Source: a virus (Duplodnaviria > Caudoviricetes). Taken from it: a stretch of DNA of 24,082 bases. Location: positions 1 to 24,082 of IMG/VR virus record IMGVR_UViG_3300032315_001433; one strand, given 5' to 3'. Numbering within the stretch: position 1 is the stretch's first letter; each line of letters begins with the position of its first letter. Shown here piece after piece: positions 1 through 9,700 of the stretch. The notes below the pieces were generated by a model, which saw nothing but the letters and a program-made list of their open reading frames with translations, did no database searches and was not told the DNA's origin. Both the position numbers and the translations under genes were made by a program.

Positions 1-2799
1 GTCAAAGCTAATATCACCTACGTTAGCTATCGAAGAATATCTTACCGGAAAACCCAACACAGGATCATCTGTGCCTGACCCGAGACCGTATGCGAACAAC
101 TTGCAGCCGCTAAATGATGTCCCTACATATACTTCAGGGTCGCCCAATGATACCCCGTTAGCATCGAATATATCGAAGTACGGTGCTTGATTAACTGTGA
201 CTTTTTGTTGTGCTTGATTCCAGATGATTCCGTCATAATAGAACGAAGTGCCTTGATATGTGTATCCGCGCAAGATTGCAATCTGATCATTGTTCTGGCA
301 CAACCCTTCTTCAGCTTCAGCAAGTGTGATAACCGATGGTTCACCGCTAGTGACTTCTGAGATATCTACTATATAAATTTTATTTCTAACATTGACGTCG
401 GCGTCGGCAGAAAATACTATTCTAGCACCAGAAAACAGTCCATAGTTGTTGATGTTGAGATCAGAACCAGTTATCGATGCTCCAGTAGCTGATACAATCG
501 TCGTTGCGTTTTCCCAACTCACTGTTAGTTCAGTGTTTAGTCCACTGGGCGTGATTGCCGTGATTTGAGTATTAGTGGGCAATACATTGGTCGTATCGGC
601 GACGTACATACCGATTTGAAATTCACCAGTGATATCAGCAGTGGGAATGATGACTGTTGTGGTCGTAGCTGAAACTGCCGCACCAATCGTTCCGGTGTAC
701 TCAGTATAAACTTCTACATCTGGATAATAACTTTGAGTACCCGCAACAATTGACAATGCATCAGTGCAGCGGGTATCAATAAAATCAACTAATGGTTTGC
801 CGTAAGTACCCGAATTGAATAACTTTAGGTTAGGATAAAATTCGATTATTGGGCGTCTTGCTTTGTTTGTCGCAGTAGCCAACACGTTGAGAATTTCAGG
901 ATTTTGATTATAGGTAGCAGTCGCTTGAATAACAGCAATGTGAAACCATCGATTGCTTCTTGACCATGCATTATTGTTTATGGAATTTCTAGCAATCGTG
1001 ATGTAGTCTGGATCTGCCGGAATGTACAATCCAATGTCAAAGTTTCCGATATCAAACGGGGCAACATCCCATGGATTGAACTCGCCGATCGTGAATTTTT
1101 CTGGACAAACAAGCGAGGTTGTTGGGATAAGCTCAATCGCAGTACCTACCCCTTCTACATAATACTCACCGATTAAGTAACTCGATGGCACAACCGCGCC
1201 ATCGAACGACACTTTAAGTCCATTAGTGAACACAATGCCGTTCGGTGAAGTAAAGGTTTTTTGCCCAATTATGTCAGTGTCGACGTCCAACAAATTTGTA
1301 ATATTGCTATCGATGATACGGATAACACCTGCTTTAGACGAAGTAGTCCCGTCTTGATAATACAACACATCAAGGGGTGCAGTGATGTAAGGAACTAGAT
1401 TGATTGCCCCGTTAATATCACGATAGAATGGTCTAGCTACCCATTCTGTTCCATATTGAGGTATGATCTTTTGTTCTGTAGGAATGAGGCCTGCCGGGGT
1501 AAGCCTAAGAACAGGATTATCAGGATTTCCAACATAGCTAATCAAATAGAAATTCTCTGCGACTGTAGAATAGAACCCTTGTTGATATAGTCCTTGATTT
1601 ATGTTCGCAACCATCGCGCCCGAACCAGGAGTTAATACGATATCTGGCCCTCCGATGTATTCTGAAATATTAAATTTAGTTGTATTGGGAATTGCGCTGA
1701 TAAAATAAACTTGACCGGCGGTGACGCCGCCGAACACTGGGTTATCAAACGTTATTGTTTGATTAACTACCAATTGAGCAGTTGAGCTGGTAGTAAAAGA
1801 TGCAGTGTCGCAGCTAGTAACTGAAATTGTCAATGGTGCGGTGATCAGATCGTCGTTGACATCATATGGAGTTTCCGCCAGGTACGAAGAGGTATACCCG
1901 ATTTCATCAACTACCCCGTTGTTATAAAACATAACAGTCAATCCATCAAGAGACGTTATCCCGTCGATGTTTCCTAGTTCAGAAAGAAGAACACCGTTAA
2001 CTTGATCGAATGGCAATGTACTGACAACACCTACTGTATTGTTGCCTGAAAAGTTATATTGTTCTTGTGCATCTTTGCTAGGAACGGTAAATGTCACTAA
2101 TCCCGCTGAGGCACCATTGTTGCTTACTCCGTAAACATCTCGTACAGGTTGATTGGGTTGTGAGGGCGAAAATCCAGATACACCGGGTTCACCTTGAATC
2201 CAAAACTGTGATTCCTGATCGACTGCAAAAGTATATGTGCCTCCGCGCAATAGAGTTAATGTAGGATTCGACGAACCAGCAAAACTGCCTACTACCTTGA
2301 TGTCGTAGGTAGAAGCCAAATCAGTTACGATATAATTTTCTGAAGAGAAGACGGAGGCAACAGATACTGTAACTGAAGGAGGTCCTTCAGGCAACCAGTA
2401 ATACTGGTCGAAGTTGATGATCTTGTCTAAATTAGTAAATGAATCCCATGAATAGAACTGGCTATTGAACAATCTATCATTGTTGTTAGTAACACCGCCA
2501 TTGATCTTTAATGCGTCGATGATTCCAGGATACGTGATAAAGTCCTGTGCAGTCGATTCGTTTGGTTTAGTGAACACTAATCCCGGATCTAATTGATAAT
2601 TTCTACGGGTTTTAGTTGGCTCTACTATATAGCTATCCATAGCGTTGACGCCATAACCAAACCTGCTACCAACATATCCCTGGATACGCTGGGATTCGGG
2701 CGGATTCACTAATTGATCAAGCGTAGCCGCCAAAAATTGTGCATTAGTTGGAGTTTGAAATATTTCCGGAAGGAAATCGAGTGTCCTGATTCTAGCCAT
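1..2799 (-). CDS. Large virion structural protein, probably baseplate wedge-associated (3' end outside window)
   Basis: Not in the ORF track because no stop falls in the window. ATG at 2799 begins MARIRTLDFLPEIFQTPTNAQFLAATLDQLVNP...NYQLDPGLVF...FYSWDSFTNLDKIINFDQYYWLPEGP; segments I translated near 1600-1860 and 1-240 (QQKVTVNQAPYFDIFD...GCKLFAYGLGSGTDDPVLGFPVRY) stay open in the same frame. Beta-rich composition; directly follows the gp6-like gene. Confidence 0.8.
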   Translation of the reverse strand, partial: MARIRTLDFLPEIFQTPTNAQFLAATLDQLVNPPESQRIQGYVGSRFGYGVNAMDSYIVEPTKTRRNYQLDPGLVFTKPNESTAQDFITYPGIIDALKINGGVTNNNDRLFNSQFYSWDSFTNLDKIINFDQYYWLPEGPPSVTVSVASVFSSENYIVTDLASTYDIKVVGSFAGSSNPTLTLLRGGTYTFAVDQESQFWIQGEPGVSGFSPSQPNQPVRDVYGVSNNGASAGLVTFTVPSKDAQEQYNFSGNNTVGVVSTLPFDQVNGVLLSELGNIDGITSLDGLTVMFYNNGVVDEIGYTSSYLAETPYDVNDDLITAPLTISVTSCDTASFTTSSTAQLVVNQTITFDNPVFGGVTAGQVYFISAIPNTTKFNISEYIGGPDIVLTPGSGAMVANINQGLYQQGFYSTVAENFYLISYVGNPDNPVLRLTPAGLIPTEQKIIPQYGTEWVARPFYRDINGAINLVPYITAPLDVLYYQDGTTSSKAGVIRIIDSNITNLLDVDTDIIGQKTFTSPNGIVFTNGLKVSFDGAVVPSSYLIGEYYVEGVGTAIELIPTTSLVCPEKFTIGEFNPWDVAPFDIGNFDIGLYIPADPDYITIARNSINNNAWSRSNRWFHIAVIQATATYNQNPEILNVLATATNKARRPIIEFYPNLKLFNSGTYGKPLVDFIDTRCTDALSIVAGTQSYYPDVEVYTEYTGTIGAAVSATTTTVIIPTADITGEFQIGMYVADTTNVLPTNTQITAITPSGLNTELTVSWENATTIVSATGASITGSDLNINNYGLFSGARIVFSADADVNVRNKIYIVDISEVTSGEPSVITLAEAEEGLCQNNDQIAILRGYTYQGTSFYYDGIIWNQAQQKVTVNQAPYFDIFDANGVSLGDPEVYVGTSFSGCKLFAYGLGSGTDDPVLGFPVRYSSIANVGDISFD

Positions 2800-2804
2800 G
2801 TATA

Positions 2805-2812
2805 TACTTATC
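2805..2812 (-). promoter_or_regulatory. T4-type late promoter variant GATAAGTA
   Basis: GATAAGTA-TATAC-ATG on the minus strand; one mismatch to the GATAAATA box seen at 6221, 6756 and 15212; overlaps the stop of the upstream gene. Confidence 0.5.
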
Positions 2813-5800
2813 TTACCTGTAATTGAGCGGGTGTTAGGGCCGGTACTACTAATACGTCATTTGCAGTGGCGGCATTTACAAAAATTTCATATGGCATGCA
2901 TTTAATTTCATATAGGTCCCCGAAAGGTTTGGTGGGATCATTCGATACTAATACAGCAGAACTAATAAGGTCGCCGCACTCAGCGTGCAAGTATGCACTC
3001 AGTTCTGAGAAATAGAAAGTATCTCCAAAGTTCCAGTTATTGATATTAAAATAATTATTCATTGCAGCTAGGACAGCACTCCTGATTTCACTATCGCTCG
3101 CATTGGTATTGCTATCTTTGATGACTTTGATAGTGCCCTGCAATGCAGCATCCGCTTTAGCGCCAAATAATGGTTTGAACACAACGCTGTTTAGAATTAC
3201 TGCGTCTGATAGCATCTTGTAGTCTTGTACTTGTCCATATTCTTGGTTGAGTTCATTGATAGTTGGACGAAGTGGTTTAGGAATAGTATTGGTCGTGTCA
3301 ACGATCCAATTTGTATAAGAAGTATAGTATGCTTGTGTTACGACGTACAAATCAATGATGTTAGTAGTAACAGGGTCGATTCGAGTTGTGTTATTCGAAC
3401 TGTGTCGATATTGGAAAGCAAGCCCCTGTCTTCCAACTTGCTTCGAATATTGAGGTTGAATTGTCATTATATAATATGGGGTAGTGATCGTTTGGTCTTG
3501 TACTGATTTGTAAAATGTGTTTTCTGTGTATGCATAAAACAACTGCCCCAATGGATAATCATACTTTACTGTTTCAATTTGTGAAATTGTTGGGTATTGG
3601 TACTCCACAGATGATGAGGGGATGATATACTGTCTAGTAAGATTGATAGGATCTTGCACTGTTTCAAAGAACACATAGATGCCTACGTTTTGGTTTCCAG
3701 AAACATATCCAGTTACGCTGCCAAAGAACTCTGGGTTTAGAATTAGTTGTTTATTGTTAATGTCGGTGGCCGCGACTTCAACTTCAAAGTCATTGATGTA
3801 TCCGTCTGATTCTACTGTCTGCCCTAGAATATTAACTTTGATTTCTCTGCCTAAAGGAACACTGCTTCCATATTGACTATTGATCGGTAATATATTCACG
3901 AAGTCTTGAATAATCTTGCCTGTAAAAGGATCATATACTAACTCACCGCTAGAATAGGTAAATCTAGTCTCTGCTACTGATCCAAAGTAATATTTCAATG
4001 ATCTGTATGCGATAGAATATTTATTTGCCCCAGTGCTTGTAAATTTAACAAAGTAATTTGTATTATTAATAGATTCGATTGACCAGCGCTCTTGGTTGAT
4101 TGCAATAGAATTATTAAACACAAGAGTAAAATCTTGATTTAATTCCATTCTAATGATGCATTCTTGAATGAGGTTAGTTGATAATGCATTATCAAATACA
4201 GGAATTACTTGTGACAATATTGCACCTGACGGAACAAAGCCATTGACTTTTACTGGGCCAGAGCCGTTAGGAAAACTGCCCGAACCGTTGTTCGACCCGT
4301 CTCCGATCACATTGAGTACTGTTGTCCAAATGTAATTGTTTTCAGGGGACGGGGCGATACCCGACACCAATCGATTGTTATTGTCGAAGTACTGTCCCGA
4401 CGGCGCAGTAAATTTAATTATAGCTCCGGTAGTGATATACTTGCAATTATTACTATTGAATGTACCAAGTGAAACCGGGGCTAAGAAACTACCAGTTATA
4501 TTATAGAAATATCCAGATTCTGCGCCCGTGTCAACTGAACTCGTTTGCCAATAAACAGTACCGTCCCCCGATGCAGTGTTAATGTTGAATCGTTTATACC
4601 AAGTATTAGTTGCGTTTCCAGTTGCATCAACATAATACTGTGACGCCCTGGTCAATGCTAGAACCGAAGCGAGTGTATCTGTAAAGAATGCGATAATATC
4701 GCTGGTCGTGTTGATAGTCAGCGACAGAAATCCATCATTATTATTTTGAAATAATGCGCCGTCACCAGCAAAAGAATTAGTACTTGAGTATTTACCTGTT
4801 GGATCGAGTAAGTCTAGATTCTTAGAAACACCGACAGAAGCACGGTTGATTGCTTTAGATTTAATGATGGAACTATACAATGTATACGGGAAGTTATTGT
4901 AGTCTTCTCCATTAACCATTCTATTCTGTGTATAGTAACGAGTAGGAGCACGCTGCTTGATTTCTTGTAGCGTTTCTCTCTGTTGTGCATTGTTGACTGT
5001 TAATGGAAGTGTCAACCCCACGGTTAATGTCTCGGGTCGGCCCAATCGACTGATATAGTTGAATGAGACTGAGATACCATTCATCTCTGAGGGTTCTATG
5101 CTGTATGTTTGTGCATTGCCTGCACGGACATATGCCCTGAAGTTGCCGATCGGAATAGCAGAAAATACACCGTCACCAAATACATAAGTTACTTGATCGT
5201 TAAAGCGCGAATTTACAGAGAATAGTTTTCTACTTGATTTTTCTTTTTGCAAATATGCATCTGCGTATACGCTATCAACTTTTTTCCATTCCGTTCTAGT
5301 CCCGTCACTATTAAGTTGGAACAACCAAGTATCTGTATTGTTGATACCTTGAACGTCAATGTCAAATGTTTGATTGGACAATTCTTGTTGGAATGTGAAG
5401 TTAACAGTACTAAGAGTACCCTGCTTAAAATAAAAGAAGAAGCCTGATTCAGGACTACCAAAACCCAATTTATCATTGCGATACAGCATGTTGAATTTGC
5501 CGCTCGGTGCAGGTGGAACTTCATATATGTAGTCTTCGTTAAGTGAAGTTGCACTGACTAATTCAAAATTCATTGTTTGACCATCGATAGACGATGTAAA
5601 CGGAACAATAGGCAAACTGTTTGGTGGAATTTGAATCGAATACTCAGATGTGGTCACTCCCAGTAGGTCAGCGATATTGCCCGGGCGACCTATTTTTTGT
5701 GTACTGATAAGTGATGCGTTCACGATTGTGTTGAATTGCTCAAGCCAATTTGGATTTGCAGGGTCATTCCATAATACAGGAATGTTGCTCAGGTTCAATC

Positions 5801-6200
5801 CGTTAATGTCAGTTATGTTTTGTGTGGTCTTGATACTAGTAACTTTGAGATAACCACTAGACTCGATGTTACGTTTTGGAGTATACCCAACCAAAGTAGC
5901 TAGTTTAATAACAGAATCTCTACGCTCGGCAGTATCGATGAAGTTTTCGCGCGCATTCAGGTCATTGCGGAAAGCAAGTCCTTGACCCATGAATGCCATG
6001 ACATCGAGAAGGGCGATGAATTCAGATGATTCAACATAGTCATTAAAAGTCTCAGGATAGTAATTCCGCAAATAATCAATAAAACTCTTCCGAAGGGTTT
6101 CATAATCATAGCTTCTGAAATCAGATTCTTGGAAGGTCTGATAGATAGTCTTCCAATCATTTGCTCCGAATAATGATGACTGTCTTGAGGATGTGGCCAT
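2808..6200 (-). CDS. gp6: Baseplate wedge subunit, T4 gp6-like (about 1130 aa)
   Basis: N-terminal DFRSYDYETLRKSFIDYL..YYPETFNDYVESSEFIALLDVMAF..NARENFIDTAERRDSV..LVGY, YVFGDG, and ETLQEIKQRAP..YYTQNRMVNGEDY motifs typical of gp6/baseplate-J family; follows gp25. Start moved from 6230 to ATG 6200 because the extra codons overlap the late promoter box and an AG-rich RBS. Confidence 0.85.
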   Translation of the reverse strand: MATSSRQSSLFGANDWKTIYQTFQESDFRSYDYETLRKSFIDYLRNYYPETFNDYVESSEFIALLDVMAFMGQGLAFRNDLNARENFIDTAERRDSVIKLATLVGYTPKRNIESSGYLKVTSIKTTQNITDINGLNLSNIPVLWNDPANPNWLEQFNTIVNASLISTQKIGRPGNIADLLGVTTSEYSIQIPPNSLPIVPFTSSIDGQTMNFELVSATSLNEDYIYEVPPAPSGKFNMLYRNDKLGFGSPESGFFFYFKQGTLSTVNFTFQQELSNQTFDIDVQGINNTDTWLFQLNSDGTRTEWKKVDSVYADAYLQKEKSSRKLFSVNSRFNDQVTYVFGDGVFSAIPIGNFRAYVRAGNAQTYSIEPSEMNGISVSFNYISRLGRPETLTVGLTLPLTVNNAQQRETLQEIKQRAPTRYYTQNRMVNGEDYNNFPYTLYSSIIKSKAINRASVGVSKNLDLLDPTGKYSSTNSFAGDGALFQNNNDGFLSLTINTTSDIIAFFTDTLASVLALTRASQYYVDATGNATNTWYKRFNINTASGDGTVYWQTSSVDTGAESGYFYNITGSFLAPVSLGTFNSNNCKYITTGAIIKFTAPSGQYFDNNNRLVSGIAPSPENNYIWTTVLNVIGDGSNNGSGSFPNGSGPVKVNGFVPSGAILSQVIPVFDNALSTNLIQECIIRMELNQDFTLVFNNSIAINQERWSIESINNTNYFVKFTSTGANKYSIAYRSLKYYFGSVAETRFTYSSGELVYDPFTGKIIQDFVNILPINSQYGSSVPLGREIKVNILGQTVESDGYINDFEVEVAATDINNKQLILNPEFFGSVTGYVSGNQNVGIYVFFETVQDPINLTRQYIIPSSSVEYQYPTISQIETVKYDYPLGQLFYAYTENTFYKSVQDQTITTPYYIMTIQPQYSKQVGRQGLAFQYRHSSNNTTRIDPVTTNIIDLYVVTQAYYTSYTNWIVDTTNTIPKPLRPTINELNQEYGQVQDYKMLSDAVILNSVVFKPLFGAKADAALQGTIKVIKDSNTNASDSEIRSAVLAAMNNYFNINNWNFGDTFYFSELSAYLHAECGDLISSAVLVSNDPTKPFGDLYEIKCMPYEIFVNAATANDVLVVPALTPAQLQVR

Positions 6201-6220
6201 AGAGTTGCTCTCTTTTGATA

Positions 6221-6228
6221 TATTTATC
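6221..6228 (-). promoter_or_regulatory. T4-type late promoter GATAAATA
   Basis: Matches the T4 late -10 box TATAAATA at 7/8; 20 nt upstream of the gp6-like ATG; a gp55-like sigma is encoded in the window. Confidence 0.7.
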
Positions 6229-6251
6229 ATTCGGAAAAGAGCGTAGTTTGA

Positions 6252-6737
6252 TTAAATCAGTCCTGCACTACGAGAATTTCTGTCAAAGTAGATGTTGACT
6301 ACTGCTGGTTGATTATATGGATTTATAGCTACCTGAAGTTCAATTAATATGCCATTCTCTTTAGGAAACGATTTTACGTAGGCTAACGTCATTCTAGGAT
6401 CTTCACTCGCCAGGCGCCTGATCTCGTTTTCTAGTTGAAACTGTACATCTCGTGTATTAGGTTCAAACAAGAATGTCCACAATGTGGTTCCGTAAGCAGG
6501 TTGACCTACCTTTTGACCTTTGGGAATGTTTAACGCATTCAAGAAGTCTTGTATCACTAGCGGCGCGTCTACCAATCTAAATTTCTTTCCCCAGTTCAAA
6601 GGTTCTAGTATAGAACCAAAGCCGCCGTCTAGACCGCCGATCTGATCTGTGCCAAATCCTCCATTGGGGGGACTGATTGGGTTAGTCGTCTTTGGTTTAT
6701 TTGCATTGATCGTGCTGAATCCTATATATGTTGCCAT
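6252..6737 (-). CDS. gp25: Baseplate wedge subunit, gp25-like (GPW/gp25 family)
   Basis: LVIQDFLNALNIPKGQKVGQPAYGTTLWTFLFEP...IRRLASEDPRM pattern of gp25; AAGGA RBS; lies between gp5-like and gp6-like genes. Confidence 0.88.
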   Translation of the reverse strand: MATYIGFSTINANKPKTTNPISPPNGGFGTDQIGGLDGGFGSILEPLNWGKKFRLVDAPLVIQDFLNALNIPKGQKVGQPAYGTTLWTFLFEPNTRDVQFQLENEIRRLASEDPRMTLAYVKSFPKENGILIELQVAINPYNQPAVVNIYFDRNSRSAGLI

Positions 6738-6755
6738 AATATTTCCTTATAATTT

Positions 6756-6763
6756 TATTTATC
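6756..6763 (-). promoter_or_regulatory. T4-type late promoter GATAAATA
   Basis: GATAAATA just upstream of the AAGGA RBS and ATG of gp25. Confidence 0.7.
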
Positions 6764-6792
6764 CGTTTGACCATCAAACAAATGTCTCTTCC

Positions 6793-9700
6793 TCATGTAC
6801 TATTTCGACCAATGTTAGAGACCGTTGTTGTCGATGACGCTAGCGCGTTAAAGAGAGATGCGACATCGCGCGATGATCCCGATAGGCTATCGCTTCCAGT
6901 TGTTCGTGTTCCGGGATTTGGTATTCCGGTTAAAGTAGACGTGATACTTTGTACTGCCGACACTACACCGGTTCCCGAAGAGCTAGAATTGATGTTTACT
7001 CCTCTCGTTCCGGAACCCAATTCATCTAGTCGTTCTAGTAATCGCAAACGTGCCGGATCATTGACTGTCTGTTTCCAAACCAAACGCAATTGGGTGATAG
7101 TTGGATCACCTTGCGGTAAGTTGCGTTCCGCAGCATAGAATGCATTCTTTGCTTGCTCGATCTTTTGGTCCTGTTGACCTAACTCATCTTGTACTTTAAA
7201 TATTTCATTACTAATATTAGTTAGAGCCGCGATAGCATTCTGTAAATCGGGTGGCACTTCCCCTAGTAGATTTGGTAACGGAATCTTAGGATTACCTAAC
7301 AAATTACTTATTTTTGCTGTTATTGCTTCTCTAGCAAAGGTATTAAATCCAACTTGCGGCAACTTGATCTGTGATTTACCACTAGACGATAGGCTCGCCA
7401 ATATAGAAGAAAGCTGTGACCCTTCTCCAATAGATAGTCCGGTTGCAATCAATGAACCCAGTGAATTGTTTTTACCTATAACGCTATTCACGATGTTAGG
7501 TAATCCGTTCATTACTGCCGACTGTGCATCTTTGATAAGCCCAGAAAGTTTTTCTGCTCCCGGAATAGAATTAGTTATGTTTACTGCTTTATTCAAAACA
7601 GTAGAAATAGAATTTAATCCTGCAGGTAATGAACTAATACCACTTGAAATAAGCGAAGCGACGGATGACTTCGAGCCCGACTGAGTAGCCGAAGCTGCCT
7701 TGATCAGAGATGATATTCCCCCTGATATACCCGATGATCCTGCACCCGAAATATTAGTGACATTATCTACTGCATTCTGTACTTTTCCTGCGACATTTCC
7801 CAGATTAGCGGTAGCAGTAGTAGTGGAGTTAATGATTCCGGTAATTCCACCTATAGTAGTTGCGTTTGCGGTATCAGAGCTACTAGCACTAGCAGCCGAT
7901 CCGTGCTGTATGACTGAAGCTACCCCAGTAATACCGGCAATAGTATCGTTGATTGACCCGGCAGAAATATTATTGACTACGCCGTTAACGGCGTTGTTCA
8001 ATAACCCAGATATAGGACCGCCGGTTGATCCTACTGCATTGTTTACTGCACCGGTGAGGATTCTTGCTAAGCCGGCATTCGCTACTCCTGCTATCTGACT
8101 ACCTAATCTGGCGTCCACTGAACCGGTTACACTACCCAATGCGCTGTTGATCGCACCACTGACACCATTTTGAACTAACCCCGCAACTTTTTGCCCTGCG
8201 ATTCCACCTTTAGCGATGTTTAGTATTCCGCCTATGCCGAACGAATTGCCGCCGGTTATGACACCGGCAGCAAGTTTACCTAATGACGAGAATGTTAGTA
8301 CGCCGCCGATGGACACTGCGCCGCTGCCGCCGAGACCCGCTAGCCCTGCCAATCCACCAAGACCGCCGAGCCCTGCCAATCCACCTAATGCTCCCGCTGC
8401 ACTACCTAATCCACTTAATCCACCTAAGGCTCCCGTTGCATTACCTAATCCACTTAATCCACCTAAGGCTCCCGTTGCATTACCTAATCTACTTAATCTG
8501 TCTAATCCACTCACCACCCCAGACACATTAACCGACGATCCACTTAACGAACTGATTAATGAACTACCCAGCTGAGTTATTTGACTGGAATTTAATGCCT
8601 TGCCGGCTGCTGCTGATTGAGCAATAGCAGATAAGCTCTGTGCTACACCCGGAGTCAATGGCACGAACGAACTAACAATAGATTGGAACGCCGCTGCGGC
8701 TACTCCTCTGTCAGCGATTGATGCACTAGCTAAGTCGCCGCCGGTTGAATTTGAATTACCGAATAATCCACCGATCGATTGTGAGATGCCCCCTAATCCG
8801 CCTGTAAGAGATGCTAGTTTTCCGGCAACGCTCCCTGCACCAATAGCCCGCAATGCGTTAATGACTGTACTTTGCCCGTTTGGGATTGAGCCTAGTACTC
8901 CTGATGCTGGACTTCCCAATGGGTTTAGTACTTGAGTTAGTGCCCCAATAATACTATTTCCAAATTGATTAATATTTCCATTAGGTGCGTTCGTGCTTGA
9001 TCCAGCAGTTGAACCACCTAACGCATTTTCGGCGCCGCTAACAGCAACAGATTGTGTGGCATGTTTTACCGCATGAACTGTTTGTGATACCCCCACAGTT
9101 GCTGCGGCAGTTATTAATCCAGAAAGCATACTGGGTGACTCTTTGCCGGTGATGACTCCAATCATTCCCAAAGCCTTCTGCGCTTTCTGCAAATTGTTAA
9201 CCATTGCTTCGGTTTGTGAAGTGGTGTTTGACACAAAAGAAGACAACGTAGAGGCTCCTGCTATACCAGTAAACATACTGTTTGGAAGAGATTGCGCGAT
9301 TGATTTGCCTGCTTGTATTAGTCTATTGATCAGAATGTCAGAGCCGGGTTTAATGACTCCAGACGATGCCATCTGGGTAGGAGTCATCGCAAATGACCCA
9401 ATGGCTCCTGCTTTAGCCCCGTTCCCAATGTTGACTATTGCTGTACCTATATCAACCGCAGCAGACAACGGACCGAGTGAGGCGCTAGTCGCGATCTGAC
9501 TTAGTACTGCGCTAGTCGTATTAACATCCATCCCGGGCGAGACCGGCTGAACAACAGGTACAGATTGATTAGTTGTCTCTGCTGGCGGAGCGACTCCTAC
9601 AGTAGATGCAGCTTGATTTACCTGTTGTACTGAAGGCGAAGGAGATTGTGGAATATTGTCTTCTGCATTAAGTGAGTTCTTGATGTCAATCCCTTGTCCT

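Noticed and set aside
6649-9499. Plus-strand ORFs opposite the gp5-like gene, including the Pro-rich 8216-8575
   Set aside because: Antisense shadows of Gly/Ala/Ser codon bias and tandem repeats; no RBS or independent motifs.
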